A stretch of DNA of 64,000 nucleotides from an uncultured Chloroflexia bacterium (GCA_963746845.1 CAVVCZ010000009.1:1-64000); one strand, 5' to 3'; shown: positions 51,042 through 61,070, counted from the stretch's first letter. Translations and numbers: made by a program. Notes: generated by a model from the sequence alone, not told the origin.

Positions 51042-52292
51042 GGATGTCGGGCATCGCGGCCGAACGGCCCGGTGCCCGACGACGAGCGCTCCGGCGGGCG
51101 GTCATCCGCCGCCGTAGCGGTCGGGTCGCGCCCATTCGGGCCCTCGCCGTCGTCGGCCTCGCGTTCGCGGTCGCGTCCTGTGGCCCGAACAGGCGGCACA
51201 TCCGTCGCGGGGCGCTTCGGCGACGGGCGCGAGCGCTGCCCAGCGATGCCGGTGCGCCGTCGGCCCTTCCGTCCGGCACGCTTGCTGGCCTTGTCGCAGC
51301 CGCCCGGCAGGAGGGCGCGCTGACGACGATCGGCCTGTCTCCCGGATCGGTGCAACTACGACGAGGCCATCGCGACCTTCGAGTCGAAGTACCAGATCAA
51401 GGTCGAGCAGCTTGCCCCGGATGCGACCGCGGCCGATCAGGTCGAAGCCATCCGGAGCGGCAGGGACCATCCCGAGGCACCGGTGCCTGATGTCATCGAT
51501 GTCGACGCGGCGGTGGCGGACCAGGCGCGCATCGACGGGTTGCTCGACCCATACCGCGTCGCGACCTGGGACGACATCCCGACGCCGGCCAGGGACTCCG
51601 ACGGTTTCTGGTATGGCGGCTATTACGGCGTCATCGCCTTCGAGTCGAACGCCAGCGCGGTGCCGCAACCGCCGCAGGACTGGGCCCGTCTGCTCGACTC
51701 GACGCACCGCGGCCAGGTCGCCCTCGCCGGCGATCCGCGCGCCGACGCGGAGGCCACCCAGAGCGTCTACGCGGCGAGCCTGGCACAGCCCGGTGGGTCG
51801 CTCGACCGGGCCCAGCCAGGTCTCGTCTACTTCCGGAAGCTGGCTGACGCGGGGAACCTGCTGCCGAAGGCCGCCACTTCGGCGACGGTCGGCGACGGCT
51901 CGACGCCGATCGCGATCCGCTGGTCGAGCCTCGCCCTTGCCGACCAACGGAGCGGTCCGGGTTCGCCGACGGTCGACGTCGGGATCCCGGAGCACGGCCG
52001 CCTCGCCGGCTACGACGCCCAGGCGATCAGCGCCTCCGCCCGTCATCCGAACGCCGCGCGACTGTGGATGGAGTTCCTGTTCAGTGACGAGGGCCAGATC
52101 ATCTGGCTGGAAGGCGACTGCAACCCGATCCGGTTCGAGGCGATGCAGCAGGCGGATGCCATCCCCACCGATCTCCTCGCCCGGGTCCCCGACAGCTCCG
52201 GCGCGGTCTTCCCGACCCATGCCCAGCTCGAGTCCGCGTCGAAGGTGATCCATGCCGGCTGGGACACGGTCGTCGGGGTCGACATCAAGTAG
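51038..52292 (+). CDS. Second PotD/AfuA-like substrate-binding lipoprotein (frameshift near 51340, possibly more near 51190-51235)
   Basis: Lipobox AVASC, AARQEGALTTIGL, then CNYDEAIATFESKY..PDVIDV..GYYGVIAF..ALAGDP..HPNAARLWMEFLFSDEGQ. Paralog of the protein at 1-447. Confidence 0.78.
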
Positions 52293-52303
52293 CGCCTGAG
52301 TTC

Positions 52304-53038
52304 ATGCCCATCCACCCCGCTCTGAACGACATCGATCTCGTCGTCTTCGACAAGGACGGGACCCTCATCTCGTTCGAGGCGATGTGGACGGGCTGGGCCC
52401 GCGAGCTCGGGTCGCGGCTGGAGATCGCCACCCGGCGGCCCGTCGCCGGGGACGTGTTCGCGGCGATCGGCTACGACCCGGTCGACGATCGGGTCCGGCC
52501 CGGTGGGCCTCTCGCGATCTCGACGATGGCCGGGATCGAGGAGCGCGTCGCGGCCGTCCTCCGGCGCTGGTGCCCGAGCGTGGCCGCGGCGCGCCGGATC
52601 CTCGCCGACGCCTGGTCCGAGCCGGACCCAGTCGCCCTCGCCGTCCCGCTCGCCGACCTTCCGGGGCTGTTCGCGACCCTTCGATCCGACGGCCGGCGCA
52701 TCGCCGTGGCGACGACCGACGACCGTCGGCCGACGGAGGCCACGCTCGACGGGTTGGGCCTGTCCCCGTTCGTCGACGGCATCCTGTGCGGGAACGATCC
52801 GGGGCCGACCAAGCCGGAGCCCGCGGCCCTCGTGGCGCTCGCGGCCCGTGTCGGCGTGCCGATCGACCGGACCGCGATGATCGGCGACACGCCCGCCGAC
52901 CTCGCGATGGCCCATGGCGCGGGCGCCGGCCGGGCGATCGGGGTGGCCAGCGGCCTGACCGCGGCGTCGGAGCTCGGGGCGGACGCGGACCTGATCCTGG
53001 GCGACGTCGGCGAGCTGGTCCGGCCGGGACGCGGCTGA
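52304..53038 (+). CDS. HAD-family phosphatase (phosphoglycolate phosphatase-like)
   Basis: VVFDKDGTL, VATTD, KPEP, MIGDTPADL. Confidence 0.88.
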   Translation: MPIHPALNDIDLVVFDKDGTLISFEAMWTGWARELGSRLEIATRRPVAGDVFAAIGYDPVDDRVRPGGPLAISTMAGIEERVAAVLRRWCPSVAAARRILADAWSEPDPVALAVPLADLPGLFATLRSDGRRIAVATTDDRRPTEATLDGLGLSPFVDGILCGNDPGPTKPEPAALVALAARVGVPIDRTAMIGDTPADLAMAHGAGAGRAIGVASGLTAASELGADADLILGDVGELVRPGRG

Positions 53039-53152
53039 CCACACGAGACCCGGTCAGCCACTCGGGACGAGCGAAGCGGTACCTCTGGGCCATCGCTCCC
53101 GATCGGGGCCGCCCGTACGGTTCGCCAAGCGTCCCCCCCCGAGCGGCGTCGA

Positions 53153-56100
53153 ATGGCGCCGCCCCACGCCTCCAGAGGTCGCCGCGAGCGGATGGTCGTC
53201 GCCTACGAGCCACCGGATCCCGACGCGCTCCTCGGCCTCGGCGAGATCGCCGCGATCGCCGGGATCACCCGCGCAACGGCGCGGGCCTGGTGCTTCTCCG
53301 GCCGGCTGCCGTCCGTCGCCGGGCCGCGGAACGAGCCGCTCGTCCGCCGGCGCGACCTCGACGGCTGGCTCGCTCGCCGCGCGCCGAGCCGCGGGCGGGC
53401 CCGCGCCCAGGTCGTCCACGATCCCATCGCGGGCCGTGACGCGCTGCGTCGCCTCGCGTCCGAGGTCAGCGGGCGGCTCGACCTCGAGACGCTGTTCGAG
53501 GACGCGGTGTCGGACGCGATCGGGATCTTCCAGGTCGCCCGGATCGGGCTGTGGCGGTACGACCGGCGACGGCGGAACCCGTTCACGCTCGGCGCCCACA
53601 TCGGGTTGTCCGACGAGGTCCTCGCGTGGGTGTCGTCGCTGCCCGGGGACTCTGCGGCCGCCGGCCTCCGGGCGATCGCGACAGGTGAGGTGGTCGTGCT
53701 CCGCGACGTGCTCGTCGACGCCGTCGGTGGCGCCCGCGAGATCTATGCCCGGAACGGAATCCGGAGCGTCTGCCTCGCGCCGATCATCTTCCGCGACGAG
53801 CCGCTCGGCCTCTTCGTCCTGTATCACGACCGCGTCCACGACTGGACGGCCGAGGAGACGACCCTCGCCCGGGGGTTCGCCGACCAGATGGCCTCGGCCG
53901 TCGGCGCCCACCGCCTGAACACCTCGGTCCAGTCCCTCGCCGCCCGTCTGGAGGCCGTCCAGGAGCTGGCGATCCGGCTCAACCGGACCCACGATCTGGA
54001 CGGGATCGCCGCCGTCCTCATCGAGGGGACCGAGCGCCTGATCGCTCACGACTCGATCCGGATCTACCGGGTCGACGAGACCACGCGGATGTGCGAGCCG
54101 ATCGCCTTCAAGGGCGCGTTCGGCGGGACGCCGGACCCGGACCTCGAGACGCTCCGGGTGGCCGTCGGCCAGGGCCTGACCGGCTGGGCGGCCGAGCGGA
54201 ACGAGACCGTCGTCGTCGGGGACGCCGCGGCGGATCCCCGGGGTCTCGTGCGCTGCGCGACGGTCGGGCCGGAGTCGATGCTCGCGGTGCCGATCAGCTT
54301 CGAGGACCACGTCCACGGCGTGATCGTCCTGTCCGTCGCCGGACGCGACGGGTTCGGGCCCGAGGACGAGACGACCCTCCAGATCTTCGCCGGCTACGCG
54401 GCCCAGGCGATGGTGAACTCGAGCCAGCTCGAGCAGCTCGGCCGGCAGCGGAGCGAGCTCGAGCACCAGCTCGCGAGCCAGCGCCGCCTGCTCGAGGTCA
54501 ACGAGCGGCTGATCTCGACCCGCGACCCGAAGGGGGTCCTCGAGATGATCGCCGACTCGCTGAAGACGATCGTGCCGTACGACACGCTCACGATCTATCG
54601 CTGCGACTTCGAGGCTGGCGTCCGGCGGGCCGTCGTGGCGCGCGACCGGTTCGCCGATGTGATCCTCGACTACGCCGGGCCGATCAGCGTCGGGATCTCC
54701 GGCTGGGTCATCGATCACGGGGAGGGCGTCCTCGCCAACGACGTCCATCTCGACGAGCGCTCGGTCCAGATCCCGGGCACCCCGTTCGAGCCGGAGTCGA
54801 TGATCGTCGTCCCGGTCCGGGTCGCCGGCGAGGTCGTGGGGTCGCTGAACGTCGGGCGGATGGGCGGCGTGGAGGCGCACTTCAACCAGAACGAGTTCGA
54901 GCTCGTTCAGCTGTTCGCCGGCCAGGCCTCGCTGGCGCTCGAGAACGCCGAGGTCCACGGCGCGGTGACGACCCGCGCCGAGCACGACGCGCTCACCGGC
55001 CTCCGCAACCACGGGTCGTTCCAGCGGGAGCTCGGCGAGGCGGTCATCCGGTCCGAGGGCGCCCCGTTCAGCCTGATCATGCTCGACCTCGACTCGTTCA
55101 AGGGGTTCAACGACACGTGCGGCCATCCGGCGGGTGATGCGTTCCTCGCCGCGGTCGGCGACGGGATGCGCGCCGAGACCCGGGGCGGCGACGGGATCTA
55201 TCGCTACGGCGGCGACGAGTTCGCGCTGATCCTGCCCGGGACGACGCGGGTCGAGGCGTTCGAGGTCGTCGAGCGGATCCGCCGGAATGTCGCCGCGGTC
55301 CCGTCACCGACCGGTCCGCGGGTCGGCATCTCGGCCGGCGTCGCCTGCTACCCCGAGGACGGGCGGACGAAGGACGAGCTCGTCGCGGCCGCGGACCAGT
55401 CCCTGTACCTCGCCAAACCGTCCTCGTCCCGGCGCGAGGAGGAGGCGGACGCCGCCCGCCGCGACCCGTACCTGTCGGCGCTCGACGAGACCGCGATCGC
55501 GCTGATGAACCGGCACGACCCGGAGGACCTGCTCGAGACGATCATCATCCGGGCTGCGTCCCTCGTCGGGACGCCGCACGGGTTCATCTATCTCCTCGAG
55601 CCGGACGGTCAGACCCTCGTCGTCCGGCACGGGATCGGGCTGTTCGCGGACTTCCTCGGCTACCGCCTGCCGATCGACACCGGACTCAGCGGCATGGTCG
55701 TGCGGGAGGGCCGGCCGGTGGCCGTCGACGACTACGACGCGTTCGTCCAACGCTCCACGGGCCTGCCACTTCGGGTGATGGGTGCCGTCGTCGGCGTCCC
55801 GCTGACGTCCGGCGGCCGGGTCGTCGGGGTCATCGGCCTCGCGTCCGGCAGCTACGAGCGGACGTTCGGCAATCGCGAGATCGGCGCCCTGAGCCGGTTC
55901 GCCCAGCTCGCTTCGATCGCCCTCGACAACGCCCACCTGTTCGAGGCCGCCCAGCGCGGCGCCCTGTACGACGCGATCACCGGCCTCCCGAACCGCGACC
56001 TGCTCACCGACCGGGTCGGCCACTCGCTCGAGTGGAACCGGGAGGGCGACCAGGACCCGATCGCGCTGATCCTCCTCGACCTCGACCGGTTCAAGGTCAT

Positions 56101-57262
56101 CAACGAGAGCCTCGGTCATGCCGTCGGCGACGCCCTGCTCGCCGCGGTCGGCGATCGCCTCCTGGGCTGCCTCCGCCCCGGCGACACGGTCGCCCGATTC
56201 GGTGGGGACGAGTTCGGGGTCATCCTCGACGGGATCGGCGGGATCGAGGAGGCCCGGCGGCTCGCCGACCGGATCCTTGCGGAGCTCAGCGCCCCGTTCG
56301 TCCTCGCGGAACGCGACTGGTTCGTCAACGCGTCCCTCGGGATCGCGATGGCCTGGCCGGGTCATGCCACGCCCGCCGACGTCTTCCGCGAGGCCGAGGT
56401 GGCCCTCGTCCGGGCGAAGGCGACATCGGGCTCGCGATACGTCCTGTACGAGCCGAACATGAGCGGCGAGACGCTCGCCCGCGTCGAGTTCGAGAACGAC
56501 CTCCGACGGGCGGTCGAGCGGGGCGAGCTGCGGCTCCACTACCAGCCGCTGGTCGACCTCGCGACCGAGCGGATCGTCGGCCTGGAGGCCCTCGTCCGCT
56601 GGGACCACCCGACCCGTGGGCTCGTCCCGCCGCTGTCGTTCATCCCGGTCGCGGAGGAGACCGGCCTGATCCTCCCGATCGGGCGCTGGGTGATCGAGAC
56701 GGCCTGTCGACAGGCCCGGACGTGGCTCGACGAGCTGCCCGACTCACCGCTCGTGATGAGCGTCAACCTCTCGGTCCGCCAGGTCGCCCAGCCCTCGCTG
56801 GTCGACGACATCCGCGACATCCTCGCGGCGACCGGACTGCCCGCGGACCGGCTCGAGCTCGAGATCACCGAGTCCGTCCTGCTCGACGAGGGCGAGGAGA
56901 GCGGGAACACGCTCCGGGCGATCCGGGCCCTCGGCGTCCGGCTCGTCCTCGACGACTTCGGGACCGGCTACTCGTCGCTGTCGTACCTCCGCCGCCTCCC
57001 GCTCGACACGATCAAGATCGACCGCTCGTTCGTCGACGGGATCGACGCCGACGGCTCGAACCTCCCGATCGTGCAGGCCGTGATCGCGCTGGCACACGGC
57101 CTCGGGATCGAGGTCGTGGCGGAGGGGATCGAGACGGCGGCTCAGTCCGAGCGGCTGCGCGCGCTCGTCTGCGACCGCGGCCAGGGCTACTTCTACGCCC
57201 GGCCCCAGCCGCCCGAGACCCTCGCGGCCCTCCTAGCCCGGGGGATCGCCCCGGCCACCTGA
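53153..57262 (+). CDS. Multidomain c-di-GMP enzyme: HTH - 3xGAF - GGDEF - GAF - GGDEF - EAL
   Basis: HDALTGLRN..DLDSFKGFND..RYGGDEF; YDAITGLPN..DLDRFKVIN..RFGGDEF; YQP..EALVRW..ELEITE..DDFGTGYSSL..KIDRSF..AEGIE..GQGY. Confidence 0.92.
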   Translation: MAPPHASRGRRERMVVAYEPPDPDALLGLGEIAAIAGITRATARAWCFSGRLPSVAGPRNEPLVRRRDLDGWLARRAPSRGRARAQVVHDPIAGRDALRRLASEVSGRLDLETLFEDAVSDAIGIFQVARIGLWRYDRRRRNPFTLGAHIGLSDEVLAWVSSLPGDSAAAGLRAIATGEVVVLRDVLVDAVGGAREIYARNGIRSVCLAPIIFRDEPLGLFVLYHDRVHDWTAEETTLARGFADQMASAVGAHRLNTSVQSLAARLEAVQELAIRLNRTHDLDGIAAVLIEGTERLIAHDSIRIYRVDETTRMCEPIAFKGAFGGTPDPDLETLRVAVGQGLTGWAAERNETVVVGDAAADPRGLVRCATVGPESMLAVPISFEDHVHGVIVLSVAGRDGFGPEDETTLQIFAGYAAQAMVNSSQLEQLGRQRSELEHQLASQRRLLEVNERLISTRDPKGVLEMIADSLKTIVPYDTLTIYRCDFEAGVRRAVVARDRFADVILDYAGPISVGISGWVIDHGEGVLANDVHLDERSVQIPGTPFEPESMIVVPVRVAGEVVGSLNVGRMGGVEAHFNQNEFELVQLFAGQASLALENAEVHGAVTTRAEHDALTGLRNHGSFQRELGEAVIRSEGAPFSLIMLDLDSFKGFNDTCGHPAGDAFLAAVGDGMRAETRGGDGIYRYGGDEFALILPGTTRVEAFEVVERIRRNVAAVPSPTGPRVGISAGVACYPEDGRTKDELVAAADQSLYLAKPSSSRREEEADAARRDPYLSALDETAIALMNRHDPEDLLETIIIRAASLVGTPHGFIYLLEPDGQTLVVRHGIGLFADFLGYRLPIDTGLSGMVVREGRPVAVDDYDAFVQRSTGLPLRVMGAVVGVPLTSGGRVVGVIGLASGSYERTFGNREIGALSRFAQLASIALDNAHLFEAAQRGALYDAITGLPNRDLLTDRVGHSLEWNREGDQDPIALILLDLDRFKVINESLGHAVGDALLAAVGDRLLGCLRPGDTVARFGGDEFGVILDGIGGIEEARRLADRILAELSAPFVLAERDWFVNASLGIAMAWPGHATPADVFREAEVALVRAKATSGSRYVLYEPNMSGETLARVEFENDLRRAVERGELRLHYQPLVDLATERIVGLEALVRWDHPTRGLVPPLSFIPVAEETGLILPIGRWVIETACRQARTWLDELPDSPLVMSVNLSVRQVAQPSLVDDIRDILAATGLPADRLELEITESVLLDEGEESGNTLRAIRALGVRLVLDDFGTGYSSLSYLRRLPLDTIKIDRSFVDGIDADGSNLPIVQAVIALAHGLGIEVVAEGIETAAQSERLRALVCDRGQGYFYARPQPPETLAALLARGIAPAT

Positions 57263-57272
57263 CCTCGTCGGT

Positions 57273-57974
57273 TCAGCGGCGCCCGCCCATCAGGCGGAGC
57301 ATGAACAGGAAGAGGTTGATGAAGTCGAGGTACAGCGCCAGGGCACCGATCACGGCCGCCTTCTCGGCGGAGCCGATCTTCGCGGCGAACGTCCCGTTCT
57401 GGATGCGCTGGACGTCGAACGCGGTCATGACCGTGAACAGCACGACCCCCGCGATCGACACGAGCCACGTCATCTGCGTGCTGTGGAGGAACAGGTTCAG
57501 GACCATCGCGACGAGCAGCCCGATCAGGCCCATGAACAGGATCGGCCCGAGGCTCGCGAGCGAGCGCTTCGTCGTCACGCCGTAGATCGCCGCGGCACCG
57601 AACATCGCGGACGCGCTCAGGAACGCCGTCGTGACCGAACCCGTCGTGTAGTACTGGACGATCAGGCCGACCGTCAGCCCGAGGGTGGCCGCGTAGACGA
57701 AGAAGAGGGCGAGCGCCGCCGTGGCCGACAGGCGCTGGATCGCCCCGCTGATCACGATGACGAGCCCGATCTGGCCGATGAACAGCAGGAAGTAGTTGCG
57801 CGCGGCGAAGGTCGTCAGCGTCGGCGATGACTGGACCGCGATCGCGACCCCGGCGGTGAGCAGCGTGCCGGCGAACATCCACGCGAAGGCATGGGTCAGG
57901 AACTGCTGGGCGAGGGCGGGAGCCGGCCGGACGCCGAGCTGCTCGGGGGTCGCCCCGAGCCCGTTGTTCATCAT
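57273..57974 (-). CDS. Bax inhibitor-1/YccA-family membrane protein
   Basis: Seven TM segments, AFDVQRI, GALALYLDFINLFL. Confidence 0.92.
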   Translation of the reverse strand: MMNNGLGATPEQLGVRPAPALAQQFLTHAFAWMFAGTLLTAGVAIAVQSSPTLTTFAARNYFLLFIGQIGLVIVISGAIQRLSATAALALFFVYAATLGLTVGLIVQYYTTGSVTTAFLSASAMFGAAAIYGVTTKRSLASLGPILFMGLIGLLVAMVLNLFLHSTQMTWLVSIAGVVLFTVMTAFDVQRIQNGTFAAKIGSAEKAAVIGALALYLDFINLFLFMLRLMGGRR

Positions 57975-58630
57975 CGATCACTCCTCGTGCTGGCGGCACG
58001 CCGCCGGTCGGGTCGGGATGGTGGCGCCGGTCGCGCCTCCGCCTGCTCGGCTGCCCTCGCGAGCACCCACAGCAGGTCGGCGAGACGGTTCAGGTACGGT
58101 AGCAAATGGGGTCCCGGAATCAATCCCTCGGCCCCGAGCGTCACCGCTCGTCGCTCCGCGCGCCGGACGATCGTCCGGGCCAGCTCGAGGGCCGCGCTCG
58201 TCGGGGTCTCGCCCGGGACGACGAACTCGGTCGGCATCGTGATGTGGGCCTCGGCCTCGTGGAGCATCGTCTCGAGCCCGGCGACCATCGCCGCGTCGAC
58301 GCGCGAGACGCCGTCCTCCTGCCGATCCCAGGCGTCCTCGCGGGTCGCGAGCTCCGCCGCCGCGACGAACAGCTCGCGCTGGAGCCGGAGGAGGATCGCC
58401 GGCAGGTCGCCGAAGCCGACGTTCAACGTCCCGATCCGGACCTTCACCCCGAGCTGGGCGCGCGCGAGCCCGATCGCGGCGACGGCCTCATCGATCGTGC
58501 CGTAGGTCTCGGTCCGGAGATCGTCCTTGCGGACCCGCGGCCCACCGAACAGGAGGCCGGTCGTGCCGTCGTCGCCGCGGCGCGTCGCGACGACGGAGTC
58601 GAAGGCCCGATCGGGGGTGGAGTCGGTCAC
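57971..58630 (-). CDS. pduO: ATP:cob(I)alamin adenosyltransferase (PduO type)
   Basis: TRRGDDGTT, YGTIDE, LQRELF, FVVPG, ARTIVRRAER, YLNRLADLLWVLAR. Confidence 0.9.
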   Translation of the reverse strand: MTDSTPDRAFDSVVATRRGDDGTTGLLFGGPRVRKDDLRTETYGTIDEAVAAIGLARAQLGVKVRIGTLNVGFGDLPAILLRLQRELFVAAAELATREDAWDRQEDGVSRVDAAMVAGLETMLHEAEAHITMPTEFVVPGETPTSAALELARTIVRRAERRAVTLGAEGLIPGPHLLPYLNRLADLLWVLARAAEQAEARPAPPSRPDRRRAASTRSDR

Positions 58631-58658
58631 CGAGGGGTCGGCCGGAGGATCGGCCGGA

Positions 58659-59039
58659 TCACCACATCAGGCCGGCGTCGCGCGGATCCCAGCGCTCGGC
58701 CAGCAGGGTCACCTTGACGTCGTGCTCCACGACCGACTCGGCCTGATCCTTGACCTGCTGGATCATCGATCCGGCATACGGGCAGAACGGGGTCGTCAGG
58801 ATCATCTTGATCTCGGTCGTATCGCTGCCGAGGATGATCTGCTTGATCAGCGCAAGCTCGACGACGTTCATCCCGATCTCGGGGTCGACGACGGCGCGCA
58901 GGGCGTCGAGGATCGCGAGCTCGGTGGCCCGGCGCGCGGGGTCGAACGCCGGCGCCTCGGGGACCGCCGAGGCGTCACCGGGCGCGGGGCTGGTGGACGC
59001 GGCCGGAGCCGCCGTGGGGTCGGTCGTCGTGTCGGTCAT
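58659..59039 (-). CDS. DUF59 (SufT/PaaD-like) metal-sulfur cluster assembly factor
   Basis: ALRAVVDPEIGMNVVELALI, MILTTPFCP, W.P. ATG 59039. Confidence 0.88.
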   Translation of the reverse strand: MTDTTTDPTAAPAASTSPAPGDASAVPEAPAFDPARRATELAILDALRAVVDPEIGMNVVELALIKQIILGSDTTEIKMILTTPFCPYAGSMIQQVKDQAESVVEHDVKVTLLAERWDPRDAGLMW

Positions 59040-59119
59040 CGGGTCGATCGTATCACCGGGTCCCGAAACCGCCGCCCGCGACCGGATCCGGGCAATGCGC
59101 TCGAACAGGCGATCCGCGC

Positions 59120-59458
59120 TCAGGCGGCGTCGTCCGCCGGCACGACGGGCTTGATCACCACGCCGGGCAGGCGGAACTGGCCCGGCAGCCCGAGCGCCTC
59201 CTCCTCCGTGTAGCCGGGTCCCGCGAGCGAGCCGTCGCCCTCGAAGAAGTCGGCGTAGCGATCGCGGTGATCCGCGGCGTACGTGTACGCGGCGGCGATC
59301 CCCACGCGCTTCAGCTCCGGGTGGTCCTTGGTCAGCCGCGCGAGGTCGTAGCCGTTGCTCCGCAGCTCGAGGAGCTGGCGAACGGTCAGACGCGACCCGT
59401 AGCAGAACGGCTCGCCGTTCATGACGAGCGGGTCGACCTGGACCCACTTGATCGTCAT
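59120..59458 (-). CDS. DUF433-domain protein
   Basis: VDPLVMNGEPFCYGSRLTVRQLLE..G..HPEL..IAAAYTYA matches the DUF433 pattern. Confidence 0.8.
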   Translation of the reverse strand: MTIKWVQVDPLVMNGEPFCYGSRLTVRQLLELRSNGYDLARLTKDHPELKRVGIAAAYTYAADHRDRYADFFEGDGSLAGPGYTEEEALGLPGQFRLPGVVIKPVVPADDAA

Positions 59459-59489
59459 CGGCGCGACCGGGCGCCGGCCCTGCCCATCG

Positions 59490-59972
59490 TCAGGCGCCCT
59501 TGTAGATCGCCGCGAGGAGCCGGTTGCGCTTGCGCGCGTCGCCCGCGATCCGGCGGTGCCACGCGAACCGCTCGACCATCGCCTCGACGGCAGCGTCGAC
59601 CGGAGCCATCTCCTCGACGGGCAGGACGGCGGCGACCGCCTCGCGGAGGCTCCGGGTGAGGTTGATCAGGTCGTCCATCGGGACCTTCCGGCGGCGATAC
59701 GCGGGCGGGACGCCGTCCGCGTACACCCGGGCCGGCACGGGATCGCCGGTCGCGACCACGTCGATGATCCGGTCGAGCAGCGCACCCGCGTCGCGGAGCA
59801 GCTGGCGCATCCGGAGCTCGTCGTACCGGTCGCGCAGGCTCGGGTCGCGGTCGATCGCGATCTCCAGGCCGCGGGCCGCGATCCGGTCGCGCTGGGCGTG
59901 GACGCGCGCGGCCGATGGAGGCAGGTCGCCGATACGGTCGACCGGGGGCAGGCCGAGGGACGGGTGGCTCAC
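59490..59972 (-). CDS. Hypothetical all-helical protein, globin/phycobiliprotein-like
   Basis: LRD..LL..ATGD..P..GV..Y..VP..LR..L..EE.A spacing resembles the phycobiliprotein globin core. No Cys. TAGACT lies 7 nt upstream. Confidence 0.65.
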   Translation of the reverse strand: MSHPSLGLPPVDRIGDLPPSAARVHAQRDRIAARGLEIAIDRDPSLRDRYDELRMRQLLRDAGALLDRIIDVVATGDPVPARVYADGVPPAYRRRKVPMDDLINLTRSLREAVAAVLPVEEMAPVDAAVEAMVERFAWHRRIAGDARKRNRLLAAIYKGA

Positions 59973-60040
59973 GCGGGGCAGTCTAGCGTGCCCGGCGGCA
60001 GCCGGTCCGGACCGTCGGCCGGCCCGGATACGATGAGCCG

Positions 60041-60466
60041 GTGACGACGAACGAGCCGGGCGATCGCCGGCCCCAGCTCGACCGGCCGCCCGGCGACCGG
60101 TATCGGGCCGAGGTGCCCGGCGGCGCCGCGACAGCCTCGATCGTCCCGTGGGCCCCGATCGCGGTCATCATCGTCGGGGCGATCCTGTACACGGTCCTCG
60201 GCGCGATCTTCACGGTGACCGCCGGCCTGATCGTGCTCGCGCTCTTCCTCGGCTGGATCTGCGGACGGCTCGTCTCGCCCCCGGTCCGGGCGGCGGTCGT
60301 GGCCGTGGTCACGGTCGTCGCGGGGCTGCTCGGGATCTGGCTGTTCGGCCGGCTCGAGGGCGGCGTCCTGGATCCGCTCGCCTATCTCGACGCGGTCCAG
60401 GGCTGGCCGCTCGTCGCCGCCCAGCTGGTCGCCGGCGCCGGGATGGCCGCGGCGGCGTCGCGTTGA
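60041..60466 (+). CDS. Hypothetical membrane protein
   Basis: About four TM segments, EGGVLDPLAYL motif. TACGAT lies 6 nt upstream. Confidence 0.7.
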   Translation: MTTNEPGDRRPQLDRPPGDRYRAEVPGGAATASIVPWAPIAVIIVGAILYTVLGAIFTVTAGLIVLALFLGWICGRLVSPPVRAAVVAVVTVVAGLLGIWLFGRLEGGVLDPLAYLDAVQGWPLVAAQLVAGAGMAAAASR

Positions 60467-60990
60467 CGACGACCGAGCCGGCGCTCCGCCACCCGACGGA
60501 GGATGACCAGCCCCGGGTCGCCGCCGTGATCGATCACTGGTTCGCCGGCCGACGGGTCTGGCCGCTCGCGGATCGGAGCTGGTTCCGACACTTCCCGGCG
60601 ACGTCCTTCGTGCTGGACGGCGAGGACGGCGCGGACGGCGCCCCGATCGGCTTCCTGCTCGGGTTCGTGAGCCCGGGACGGCCCGGTGAGGCCGTGCTCC
60701 ATCTCATCGCCGTCGATCCGAACCATCGCCGGGCAGGCGTTGGCCGGCGGCTCGTCGACGCCTTCGTCGCCACGGCGGCCGATTCCGGCGCGCGGTCCGT
60801 CCGGGCCGTCGCCTGGCCGGACGATCGCGGCGCGATCGACTTCTTCCGGGCGATCGGCTTCCGGACGATCGACGGGCCGGGGAGCCAGAACCTGTACGGC
60901 GTCCCCGCCTGGCCCGACTACGAGATGCCGGGCGAGGACCGCGCGATCCTCGAGCGGCCACTCCCGACCGGAGGCGGACCGGAGGGCTGA
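60463..60990 (+). CDS. GNAT-family N-acetyltransferase
   Basis: IGFLLGF, LIAVDPNHRRAGVGRRL (acetyl-CoA motif A), AIDFFRAIGF. TTG overlaps the upstream TGA. Confidence 0.88.
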   Translation: MTTTEPALRHPTEDDQPRVAAVIDHWFAGRRVWPLADRSWFRHFPATSFVLDGEDGADGAPIGFLLGFVSPGRPGEAVLHLIAVDPNHRRAGVGRRLVDAFVATAADSGARSVRAVAWPDDRGAIDFFRAIGFRTIDGPGSQNLYGVPAWPDYEMPGEDRAILERPLPTGGGPEG

Positions 60991-61070
60991 CCCAGGCGCA
61001 CCTTTCGTACCATGGCGCGGGTCCGACGCGCCCCGTCACCATCGGCTCTCGGCCACTCGAGGGAGCCTGC

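Noticed and set aside
49904-51490. Apparent fusion of ProX with a second binding protein
   Set aside because: Caused by an indel near 51003. The second protein has its own lipoprotein signal and a start overlapping the corrected proX stop.
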